From assembly GCA_016875875.1 (NCBI GenBank), contig VGOP01000003.1:98687-162686 (forward strand): a stretch of DNA of 64,000 nucleotides, given 5' to 3'. Shown in pieces: positions 56,481 through 64,000 of the stretch (position 1 is its first letter; the number at the start of each line of letters is the position of its first letter). The position numbers were made by a program, and so were the translations under genes. This DNA is from Chloroflexota bacterium (lineage in GTDB: Bacteria > Chloroflexota > Dehalococcoidia > GIF9 > UBA5629). Below the pieces are notes generated by a model that saw only the letters and a program-made list of their open reading frames with translations, was not told the origin of the DNA and did not search any database.

Positions 56481-57851
56481 TTGAAGTCAGCACAAGAAAT
56501 CTGGGAAGCCGCTCTAGGAGAACTTCAACTCCAAGTCAGTAAGCCGAATTATGATACTTGGCTTAAGGACACCACCGGTATAAGCTATAAAGAAGACGTC
56601 TTTGTTATCGGTGTCCCTAATATCTTCATCGCCGAATGGCTAAGAAGTCGCCTACATTCTCTGATTAAAAGGACTTTAACCGGCGTTACTGGCAAGACCA
56701 TTGACGTCCAATTTGCAATTCGGCCTCTCAACCAGGCTATCTGCTCAACAGCCGCTTACCAGGCTGACGGCGGGATAAGCGCCAGGCTTAAGGAACCAGT
56801 AACAGCAGCATTCAGGCTCAATCCAAAGTACACCTTTGACAGCTTTGTAGTCGGGGAATGCAACCGCCTGGCTTACTCAGCAGCTTTAGAGATTTCCGAA
56901 GATCCCGGGAATAGATACAATCCCCTCTTTATCTACGGTGACACCGGCACAGGCAAGACTCATCTGCTGCATGCCATTGGACACACAGTTAAAGCTAAGG
57001 GCTTGCGCATGCTTCTGGCTAGCGCCGAGCAGTTTACTAACCAATTTGTAATCGCCCTCAAGAACAACAGGATCGATGACTTCCACCGTAAGTTCAGGAG
57101 TGCCGACTGCTTGCTGGTCGATGATATTCAATTCCTGAGTGGCAAAGCGCAAACCCAGGAATGCTTGTTATACATTTTCAACGACCTATATGAAAATAAC
57201 TGCCAAATTGTAGTTACCAGCGACCGACCACCAAGAGCCATATCCTCGGTCACCAAGAAATTAAGGTCCCGGCTTGAGTGGGGGCTAATCGCTGATTTTG
57301 GACCACCAGATTTGGAAACGCGCTTGGCCATCCTGAGAGTTAAAGCGAAGCAATTTAACATGTCCCTTCCACCGGAAGTTCTACGGTTTCTAGCAACAGA
57401 GTTCCAGCACAATATCCGGGAATTAGAAGGTGCTCTTAATAGAGTAGTCACTTACTCAAGGCTGAGCGGCACAAAATTAGATATGCACTTAACCACACAG
57501 TCACTGGCAGACATAATACCGAAAGACGGTAGGCAAGAAGCCACGCTTACACCAAAGCGCATAATGACCGCTGTGGCTAACTACTACGGCATTGACCTTG
57601 AAGGACTAACAGGCAAACGGAGAGATAAGAAAACCGCATTAGCCCGTCAGGTCACCATGTACCTATTACGCGAGCAAAACCACTGCGGCCTGGCTGAAAT
57701 CGGCAAAATATTAGGAGGCCGAGACCACACAACAATAATGCACGGCTGCGAAAAAATCGCTGCGGAAATAGACGTTAATCCCCAGCTCCACAATTCAATC
57801 AAAGAGATCCGCCAAAAATTAACCCCCAAAAGAACCTCATCCGCATTTTGA
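56481..57851 (+). CDS. dnaA: Chromosomal replication initiator DnaA
   Basis: AAA+ Walker A GDTGTGKTHLL, Walker B LLVDDIQF, sensor/arginine finger region, C-terminal DNA-binding HTH (..HTTIMHGCEKI..). Start uncertain: in-frame GTG at 56427 (track) or TTG at 56481, preceded by AGGA. Confidence 0.9.
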   Translation: MKSAQEIWEAALGELQLQVSKPNYDTWLKDTTGISYKEDVFVIGVPNIFIAEWLRSRLHSLIKRTLTGVTGKTIDVQFAIRPLNQAICSTAAYQADGGISARLKEPVTAAFRLNPKYTFDSFVVGECNRLAYSAALEISEDPGNRYNPLFIYGDTGTGKTHLLHAIGHTVKAKGLRMLLASAEQFTNQFVIALKNNRIDDFHRKFRSADCLLVDDIQFLSGKAQTQECLLYIFNDLYENNCQIVVTSDRPPRAISSVTKKLRSRLEWGLIADFGPPDLETRLAILRVKAKQFNMSLPPEVLRFLATEFQHNIRELEGALNRVVTYSRLSGTKLDMHLTTQSLADIIPKDGRQEATLTPKRIMTAVANYYGIDLEGLTGKRRDKKTALARQVTMYLLREQNHCGLAEIGKILGGRDHTTIMHGCEKIAAEIDVNPQLHNSIKEIRQKLTPKRTSSAF

Positions 57852-57859
57852 TTTAGGCG

Positions 57860-58042
57860 CTTGTGGAAAAACAGCACTGGATAGTGGATAATTCTGCCAA
57901 CTCTGTTGATAAACATCGCAGATTGCAATACCAATTTTTTCCATTCATAATATATTTCCATCCACATAATAGTGTAACTTACATATTATTATTAGCTTAC
58001 CTATATAATAGAAGATAAAAGATTTATAAGGACATTACTTTA
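57860..58042. other. Putative oriC segment: AT-rich block with clustered DnaA-box-like 9-mers between dnaA and obg
   Basis: TGTGGAAAA (57862), TAGTGGATAA (57882), TGTTGATAA (57904), CCATCCACA (57958), TAGTGGATAG (58041), each 7-8/9 versus TTATCCACA/TGTGGATAA; about 70% AT from 57890 onward. Confidence 0.5.
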
Positions 58043-59101
58043 GTGGATAGAGTAGACATTTTAGTATGTGGAGGAGATGGTGGAGATGGAATAGTCAGCT
58101 TTCGGCATGAGAAGTTTGTACCGCTTGGTGGTCCTGATGGTGGGGATGGTGGGAAGGGTGGAAGCATCTACATTATTGCTGATAGGAGCGCTAACACTTT
58201 GGATTACTTTAAACGTAAGAAGCGTTTTAAGGCGGCATCCGGCAAGAGCGGAGGGAAGCAGAAAAAACATGGTGCCAAGGGTGATGACCTTATAATTAAA
58301 GTGCCTTTAGGGACAATGGTATTTCTTAAAGAAGAGGAACAGGAAGGGCTGCTGGCTGATTTGAGCCAACAAGGACAAAAAGTTCTGGTGGCTAAAGGTG
58401 GTCGTGGTGGGTTGGGTAATGTCCATTTTGCTACATCTAGGAATCAGGCTCCTAAAACGTCTACTAAGGGTGAGCCTGGCGAAGAACGCCGTCTTACCCT
58501 TGACCTCAAACTTATTGCCGATGTTGGCATTATTGGCTATCCCAGCGTAGGTAAATCCACCCTTTTGGCTGCCGTATCTGAAGCCAAGCCGAAAATAGCT
58601 AATTATCCTTTCACCACTCTTGAGCCAGCTCTTGGCGTGGTTGAAGTGGATATGAAGACATTCGTTTTGGCGGAGATCCCCGGGCTTGTGGATGGCGCTC
58701 ATCTAGGTAGAGGGCTGGGGCACGAGTTTCTGCGCCATGCTGAGAGGACTAAGGTTTTGCTTCACCTGATTGATGGTAGCTCGCCGAATATAGCTGATAA
58801 CATAAATAATCTGAACACGGAGCTGGCTTTATATAAGCCAGGGATGGCTCAAAAGCCTCAGCTTGTGGTGGTAAACAAAGTGGATTTACCGGAGGTTCAA
58901 GCTCAGTTGCCAGAGATTAGACAGCTTTTCAGCTCTCTGGGGATAAAGGCCTTCTTTATATCAGCGATTACTAAGCAGGGTTTGTCTGAGCTTATATCAG
59001 AAATAATCAGGATGTTGGATATGGTTCAAGAAGAGGTGGCTGCTCTAGAGGCGCCAATAGCTGTTTTTCGACCTGAGCCCAAGGTTAGGCGGGACAAATG
59101 A
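58043..59101 (+). CDS. obg: GTPase Obg
   Basis: Gly-rich Obg fold (GGDGGDGIVSFRHEKF...GGPDGGDGGKGG), G1 GYPSVGKST, G3 DIPG, G4 NKVD; GTG start. Confidence 0.9.
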   Translation: MDRVDILVCGGDGGDGIVSFRHEKFVPLGGPDGGDGGKGGSIYIIADRSANTLDYFKRKKRFKAASGKSGGKQKKHGAKGDDLIIKVPLGTMVFLKEEEQEGLLADLSQQGQKVLVAKGGRGGLGNVHFATSRNQAPKTSTKGEPGEERRLTLDLKLIADVGIIGYPSVGKSTLLAAVSEAKPKIANYPFTTLEPALGVVEVDMKTFVLAEIPGLVDGAHLGRGLGHEFLRHAERTKVLLHLIDGSSPNIADNINNLNTELALYKPGMAQKPQLVVVNKVDLPEVQAQLPEIRQLFSSLGIKAFFISAITKQGLSELISEIIRMLDMVQEEVAALEAPIAVFRPEPKVRRDK

Positions 59102-59706
59102 ACATAGGTGTATTAGGCGGCACTTTTGACCCTATTCATTTGGGACATCTTGTCATAGCTGAAGAAGCCAGATTGAGGCTCAGCCTGGCCAAGATTTTCT
59201 TTGTTCCCGCAGGGCAACCGTGGCTTAAAACAGGTAGGACCATTACCCCAGCAGTGCACCGTGTAGAGATGGTGAAGCGGGCTATTACTACCAACCCTTA
59301 TTTTGAGCTTTCGGCTATCGAGGTAGACCGCCCCGGGCCTTCTTATAGTGTGGAGACCATAAATATTTTGCGGCAGCAATTAGGTGCCGAGGCAAGGATT
59401 TTCTTCTTAGTAGGCTGGGATAGCTTGCCTGAGCTCCCGGAGTGGAAGGAGCCGACCAAATTGATTCAGCTCTGTAAGTTGGTGGTTGTTACCAGACCGG
59501 GTTTTAGCCGCCCGGATTTAAAGACTTTGGAATCAGCTGTTCCTGGAATAACTCAGAGTGTGATCTGGCTGGATATATCGCCAGTTGACATCAGTTCCTC
59601 GGACATACGGAGGAGATTAGCTCAGGGGCTATCTATTCACGGCTTTGTGCCTGATGAGGTGGAGAGTTATATAGAAGAGCAGAAGCTATACCTGAAATGG
59701 AGATAA
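59098..59706 (+). CDS. nadD: Nicotinate-nucleotide adenylyltransferase
   Basis: MNIGVLGGTFDPIHLGHL (HxGH nucleotidyltransferase motif); ATGA overlap with obg. Confidence 0.85.
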   Translation: MNIGVLGGTFDPIHLGHLVIAEEARLRLSLAKIFFVPAGQPWLKTGRTITPAVHRVEMVKRAITTNPYFELSAIEVDRPGPSYSVETINILRQQLGAEARIFFLVGWDSLPELPEWKEPTKLIQLCKLVVVTRPGFSRPDLKTLESAVPGITQSVIWLDISPVDISSSDIRRRLAQGLSIHGFVPDEVESYIEEQKLYLKWR

Positions 59707-59717
59707 AGCCTGATGAG

Positions 59718-61652
59718 CTAGATATCCAGGTTTCTTACATTTCTGGCGTGGGCTTGGATGAACGATTTTCGTGGTGGGACTTCACTGCCCATCAACATAT
59801 GGAATATCCTGTCAGCGGATATGGCATCCTCGATTTCCACCTTGAGCAGAGTTCGTGATACCGGGTTCATGGTAGTCTCCCATAGCTGCTCAGCGCTCAT
59901 TTCTCCCAATCCTTTATAGCGCTGTATCTCCACTTTGTTACTTTTGAGCTCCTTAAGTTTGGCTTCCTTTTCCTTCTCCGAGTAAATCCAGCATAGTTCC
60001 TTTCCTGCTTGAATGCGATAGAGAGGCGGCTGGGCAATGAACAGGTGACCTTGACTTATTAGCTCTGTCATGTTGCGGTAGAAAAAGGTAAGAAGAAGCG
60101 TTCGGATGTGGGAGCCGTCGACATCAGCATCAGTCATAATGATTATGCGGTGGTAGCGCAGTCGGGAAAAGTCGAGCTGGTCACCGATGCCGGCTCCTAC
60201 CGCGGTGATAATGGCCCGGATTTCTTCATGGTCCAGAATCTTATCTTTAGGGGCCTTTTCTACATTAAGTATTTTACCTCGTAGTGGTAAGATGGCTTGG
60301 AAACGGCGGTCTCGACCCTGCTTGGCTGAACCTCCGGCTGAGTCACCCTCAACCAGGTAAAGCTCACACTCGCGAGGGTCAGTCTCTGAACAGCTAGCTA
60401 GCTTTCCGGGCAGAGTGCCGGCTTCTAATCCGCTTCTCTTGAAGATAAGGTCGCGAGCCTTTCGGGCTGCCTCTCTAGCTTTGGCCGAAATTAGGCACTT
60501 ATCTATGATTGATTTGGCATCATCGGGGTGCTGCTCCAAATACAGGGAAAGTCCATCAGCTACTATGGCTTCGACCTGGGTTTTTATTTCGGGATTGCCT
60601 AGTTTGGCTTTGGTTTGCCCCTCAAACTGGGGTTCAACGAGCTTGACACTGATGACTGATGTCAGCCCATCACGAACGTCATCACCTATCAGATTGGGAT
60701 CGGAGTCCTTTAACAGCTTGTTTTTCCGTGCATAGTCATTGAGGACACGGGTTAGTGCTGAGCGGAACCCGGTAAGATGGCTGCCGCCGTCTATGGTATT
60801 GACGCAGTTGGCAAAGCTAAGTGTAGACTCGGAAAAGCCATCGTTGTATTGAAGAGCTACTTCTACAACGGTGCTGTTCGTTATGCCGGATATGTAGACG
60901 GGCTGGCGATGGAGGACTTGCCGGTCTTTATTGAACCGACTGACAAGGCTAGCTATGCCACCTTCAAATAGGAATGTTGCCTCTTGGTCAGTTCTCTCAT
61001 CTTTGAGACTTATTTCCAGGTTCTTGTTCAAAAAGGCTAGCTCTTTTAGGCGCTGGCGGATTGTATCGAATTCATAATTAATCTCACTGAAGATTTCAGT
61101 GTCAGCCAGGAAAGTGATGGTAGTCCCCGTTTCATCGGTATCGCCGATAGTTTCTAAATCGCAGGTAGGATCACCCCGTTGATATTTTTGGCGATAGATT
61201 TTACCCTGGCGTTTGACTTCGGCATTGAGCCAGGAAGATAGGGCATTTACTACTGAAGCGCCAACACCATGCAATCCGCTGGATACTGTATAGGTGCGAC
61301 CGCCGAATTTAGCTCCGGCGTGGAGTCTGGTCATGACTGCTTCCAATGCTGAGGTGTTGGTTGCCGGGTGGACGTCCACCGGTATGCCCCGGCCATTGTC
61401 GATAACTGTTACCGAGTTGTCTTCATGAATTATTACCTCGGTTTTGTCACAGTAGCCGGCCATTGCCTCGTCTATGCTGTTGTAGACAATCTCATAGATC
61501 AGATGGTGCAGCCCATGTTCGTCAGTGCTGCCAATATACATGCCCGGGCGACGTCGCACCGCCTCCAGGCCATCGAGAATACGGATATCCTCGGCAGTAT
61601 AGTCTTCGAATGTATTGTTGGTTGTATTATTATTGTTAGCTTGTTGTGGCAT
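59718..61652 (-). CDS. gyrB: DNA gyrase subunit B
   Basis: GHKL ATPase motifs, Toprim EGDSAGGSAKQGRDR, ...PLRGKILNVEKA... Confidence 0.95.
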   Translation of the reverse strand: MPQQANNNNTTNNTFEDYTAEDIRILDGLEAVRRRPGMYIGSTDEHGLHHLIYEIVYNSIDEAMAGYCDKTEVIIHEDNSVTVIDNGRGIPVDVHPATNTSALEAVMTRLHAGAKFGGRTYTVSSGLHGVGASVVNALSSWLNAEVKRQGKIYRQKYQRGDPTCDLETIGDTDETGTTITFLADTEIFSEINYEFDTIRQRLKELAFLNKNLEISLKDERTDQEATFLFEGGIASLVSRFNKDRQVLHRQPVYISGITNSTVVEVALQYNDGFSESTLSFANCVNTIDGGSHLTGFRSALTRVLNDYARKNKLLKDSDPNLIGDDVRDGLTSVISVKLVEPQFEGQTKAKLGNPEIKTQVEAIVADGLSLYLEQHPDDAKSIIDKCLISAKAREAARKARDLIFKRSGLEAGTLPGKLASCSETDPRECELYLVEGDSAGGSAKQGRDRRFQAILPLRGKILNVEKAPKDKILDHEEIRAIITAVGAGIGDQLDFSRLRYHRIIIMTDADVDGSHIRTLLLTFFYRNMTELISQGHLFIAQPPLYRIQAGKELCWIYSEKEKEAKLKELKSNKVEIQRYKGLGEMSAEQLWETTMNPVSRTLLKVEIEDAISADRIFHMLMGSEVPPRKSFIQAHARNVRNLDI

Positions 61653-61872
61653 GGCTACAGAAAATCCTTCAATAAACTTTGTGATTCATCGGTAATTCTA
61701 GATTGGACATAATGGGAAAGCAGACAACCTGTCAATCCCACATTTAGTGCCTGCCAACCCCAACTGTACAAGGGATTGCATTGCCTTAATTTTACCACAT
61801 CTTCCCGGAAACTGAAAGGCCAAGATGGTTGTCTTGCTGGCCTAGCTGGCGAATAAGTGATTTTGATTCGGA

Positions 61873-62157
61873 CTAATGCAAACTGTCGTGCTTGCAGGCG
61901 TTCTGGAGAAGCTTGATTATGCTTGGGCCCTTAAGGTCTGTGGAGCCGCAACTCTCGCTGTCGAAATAGCGGCACACGGTGCAGGTCACGCTGTATTTGT
62001 TTACCTCGCTTATGTTTACGAAGAGGTCACAGTTCTCAGCGCTGCGGTCATACCACTCCTCAAGGACTTCGGCGGTCTGTGGGAAGTGAGACCTGAAGCT
62101 TTTGGAGATGAAGAAGCCGTAGCCAGCGGAGTCGCTTAAGGAGAGATAAATGCGCAT
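61873..62157 (-). CDS. Small Cys-containing hypothetical protein (94 aa), last gene of a 4-gene Cys-rich operon
   Basis: ORF only; Cys at ...NCDLF..., ...CTVCRY...SESCGS...ACKHD; 14 nt after the upstream gene. Confidence 0.3.
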   Translation of the reverse strand: MRIYLSLSDSAGYGFFISKSFRSHFPQTAEVLEEWYDRSAENCDLFVNISEVNKYSVTCTVCRYFDSESCGSTDLKGPSIIKLLQNACKHDSLH

Positions 62158-62171
62158 TTGCAGCCTCTTGG

Positions 62172-62762
62172 CTATATTGAGATGTGGAACTCACACATAC
62201 CGTTCTGTGGCAGTGTCTTCGGCATCTCGATATTTATGTGGTCGCCAGTCTTCTCTGCGGCAGCCTCAAAGCAGGCGAAGCAGAATCCTTTGCAAGGAAG
62301 GCCCTTTATGCCGACCTCCTCAAGCACCTTGTGTACCGCACAGGCAGAGACCTGAAGCACCAGTTCCTTGGTAGTTGCCCTGGATATATTCCAGCGGTCG
62401 GTAGGCCTCAGGCCAAAGATGGATAGCTCTACATATCTACTCAGGCGATGGGGGAAAGAGATACCTGTCTGCTTATACACCTTCTCCACCATCTCCCCGG
62501 TGCGGTCCTGGTATTTGGTGTCAGCTAGCTCGATGGTGAGCTTCATCAACTTCTTGCCCAAATCTTCGAGGGCCTTGTATGCCTCCTTCTCGTCCTTGCC
62601 TTGCAGGCTACTGACTACAGCTCCTATATCGAACTTTTGAGTAATTTCCTCTACCAGACCTTTATCTGCATCGAAGGGAAGGACTTTCCCTGGCTCTTCC
62701 AGGGTCAGCAATCTTTCCTTTAGTATCTTGCCATATTTCCAACCAGTGGTCATTTCTTTCAT
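62172..62762 (-). CDS. Hypothetical protein (196 aa) with C-terminal Cys cluster (CKGFCFACFE...GMCEFH)
   Basis: ORF, co-oriented and closely spaced with the ferredoxin gene. Confidence 0.35.
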   Translation of the reverse strand: MKEMTTGWKYGKILKERLLTLEEPGKVLPFDADKGLVEEITQKFDIGAVVSSLQGKDEKEAYKALEDLGKKLMKLTIELADTKYQDRTGEMVEKVYKQTGISFPHRLSRYVELSIFGLRPTDRWNISRATTKELVLQVSACAVHKVLEEVGIKGLPCKGFCFACFEAAAEKTGDHINIEMPKTLPQNGMCEFHISI

Positions 62763-62770
62763 ACCTCCGT

Positions 62771-63007
62771 TCAGAAGCTCACCTGAATGGCGCTCTTGGG
62801 ACAGACACTAACGCAGTCCATGCAGCCGGTGCATTTTTCGAAGCGGACCCCGGCCACGATGAACTGACTCGGGTCCATTTCTCTAAACTTTTGGGGACCC
62901 ACCTTGGTGGCAAGGCCCAAGACATGGGTTGGGCAAATGCGGAGGCACTTATGGCAGGAAAGTGGGTCAGTGCATTTCTTGTCATCTACGGTGATTGTTG
63001 GCAGCAT
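62771..63007 (-). CDS. 2x[4Fe-4S] ferredoxin (78 aa)
   Basis: CTDPLSCHKCLRICP and CTGCMDCVSVCP motifs. Start moved to ATG (MLPTITVDD) with GAGGG SD; the track ORF extends upstream. Confidence 0.7.
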   Translation of the reverse strand: MLPTITVDDKKCTDPLSCHKCLRICPTHVLGLATKVGPQKFREMDPSQFIVAGVRFEKCTGCMDCVSVCPKSAIQVSF

Positions 63008-63030
63008 GTTTAATCCCTCTCTGTAAGGTT

Positions 63031-63861
63031 TTACCAAGCATCGGCTAGGGCGGGTAGGCTGGCCCGTTCCACCAAGGTGATGGCATCCTGGGGGCATTCA
63101 GAGACACAAAGCCCACAACCAAAGCACTGGAACGAGTCAATATAAGCTTTATTCTGGCTGGGGGAGAAGCTGAGTGCTTTGAACTGGCAGCGGTGGATGC
63201 ATGAAGCGCAGCCACTACAAAGTTCAGTATCAACACGGGCCACATGGTGCCCTTTCCATAGGACACGTACATTGTAGTCCAGTGTGGTTCTTATGAAACT
63301 ACAATCGGGATAATCGCAGTTGCAAATTCCGCCTAGGTATGGGGTACCGAAGGTAGCCAGAGTCTGCACTAAGCCCCTCTTGTTCAGCTTGGTGACGATA
63401 TCTTTGGCTTCATCAGGGGTGAGGAACTGGATTCCACCTCGGTAGGTCTCAGGCCATCGCTCCCACTTATACATCCCTGACCCCATACCTATACAGGTGA
63501 AGTTCTCCTCGTCCGCCAGACCCAGCATGGAGCGGCGGCAGGCGCAGGTCATAATGGCGATGGGATAGATGGTATCAATGACCTTAAGGACATCCTCTAG
63601 GGTCACAACCTGCCCGAAGTGTGCAGTCCAGGAAAGCTGTTCCACATCGTGCTTGACCTTGGCAATGGCCTCATGGTCATTTCTGTCTAAAGCTTCCAGG
63701 AAGTCTCGGGTCAATAAAGACATTCCTCCAGCAGCTTGTGGGCCGGGCTCGAGACCTGCGGCCTCCTCTTTTCTGATTCTATATAGCTTTCTGGCGTAAT
63801 TTGCCGGGTTGAAATACCATCTCTCATAGCCTTCGGCGTAGCGCTCACACCATACACACAT
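63031..63861 (-). CDS. Fe-S protein of unknown family with C-terminal 2x[4Fe-4S] ferredoxin-like domain and N-terminal Cys motifs (MCVWCERY..., TCACRR..., CNCDYPDC)
   Basis: C-terminal CSGCASCIHRC ... CFGCGLCVSECP; the N-terminal domain is not recognised. Confidence 0.45.
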   Translation of the reverse strand: MCVWCERYAEGYERWYFNPANYARKLYRIRKEEAAGLEPGPQAAGGMSLLTRDFLEALDRNDHEAIAKVKHDVEQLSWTAHFGQVVTLEDVLKVIDTIYPIAIMTCACRRSMLGLADEENFTCIGMGSGMYKWERWPETYRGGIQFLTPDEAKDIVTKLNKRGLVQTLATFGTPYLGGICNCDYPDCSFIRTTLDYNVRVLWKGHHVARVDTELCSGCASCIHRCQFKALSFSPSQNKAYIDSFQCFGCGLCVSECPQDAITLVERASLPALADAW

Positions 63862-64000
63862 ATTTATTGGCCTCCTTGTTTCAAACTTCGTAGCAGATAG
63901 AGGATTGTTTTTAATGGCATCACTGTAACAGTGGGGGTCGTCTACTATGTAGATAGTCTAGATTAGGCTAGGCGAAATTGTCAACTTTGACGGTGTTTCT

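Noticed and set aside
1-64000. CRISPR arrays, prophage, integrase/transposase/IS elements, toxin-antitoxin pairs, restriction-modification or other defence islands
   Set aside because: I looked for regular direct repeats with spacers, phage structural or integrase motifs, and transposase DDE/HTH signatures, and found none. The tRNA-Pro gene is not followed by an integrase. The only repeat families seen are the short intergenic palindromes reported above.

Overview
This window reads as a chromosomal origin-proximal region of a roughly 50% GC anaerobe. The gene content (hyp/[NiFe]-hydrogenase genes, MetV/MetF, PlsX/PlsY, archaeal-type phosphoglycerate mutase) suggests a Chloroflexi/Dehalococcoidia-like organism. 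Housekeeping genes are dense: dnaA-obg-nadD with an AT-rich block of DnaA-box-like sequences, gyrB, gyrA, fmt, mazG, aspartate kinase, a cofactor-independent phosphoglycerate mutase (ApgM type), rplY (L25/Ctc), tRNA-Pro(CGG), plsX, plsY and a DegV protein. There are three main accessory blocks.
(1) A tightly coupled minus-strand hydrogenase unit: hypF-hypC-(unknown membrane-anchored ORF)-hypD-hypE, then a 106-aa two-TM K+ channel (TTTGYGD filter), then [NiFe]-hydrogenase small subunit (no Tat signal), large subunit, maturation protease, and MetV-MetF (methylene-THF reductase) translationally coupled directly after the protease. hypA sits separately, next to a TupABC-like tungstate ABC transporter.
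(2) Two tandem glycyl-radical-enzyme (GRE) plus activase pairs (GRE2-AE2-GRE1-AE1), followed by a tandem FMN-binding split-barrel (PNPOx-like) protein. GRE2 carries an N-terminal SCP2 sterol-carrier-like domain fusion that I do not recognise from characterised GREs. This is my top candidate for an undescribed system.
(3) c-di-GMP components: a BcsA-like GT2 synthase with C-terminal PilZ and a PAS/HD-GYP phosphodiesterase. The GT2 gene is flanked by a ~105-nt degraded direct copy of part of the neighbouring dCMP deaminase gene.
Also present are an AdhE-like ALDH/Fe-ADH fusion broken by a frameshift in a homopolymer run, an AT-rich islet carrying an SGNH hydrolase after an ~800-bp gene-free stretch, two families of short intergenic repeats/palindromes, a 4-gene Cys-rich/ferredoxin operon of unknown function at the right end, and several alpha/beta hydrolases. 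No CRISPR array, transposase, integrase or phage genes were recognised. Coordinates follow the supplied ORF track. Elements I located by eye may be off by 1-2 nt. Several track ORFs begin with TTG/GTG, and I moved those starts where an ATG with a Shine-Dalgarno sequence was evident.
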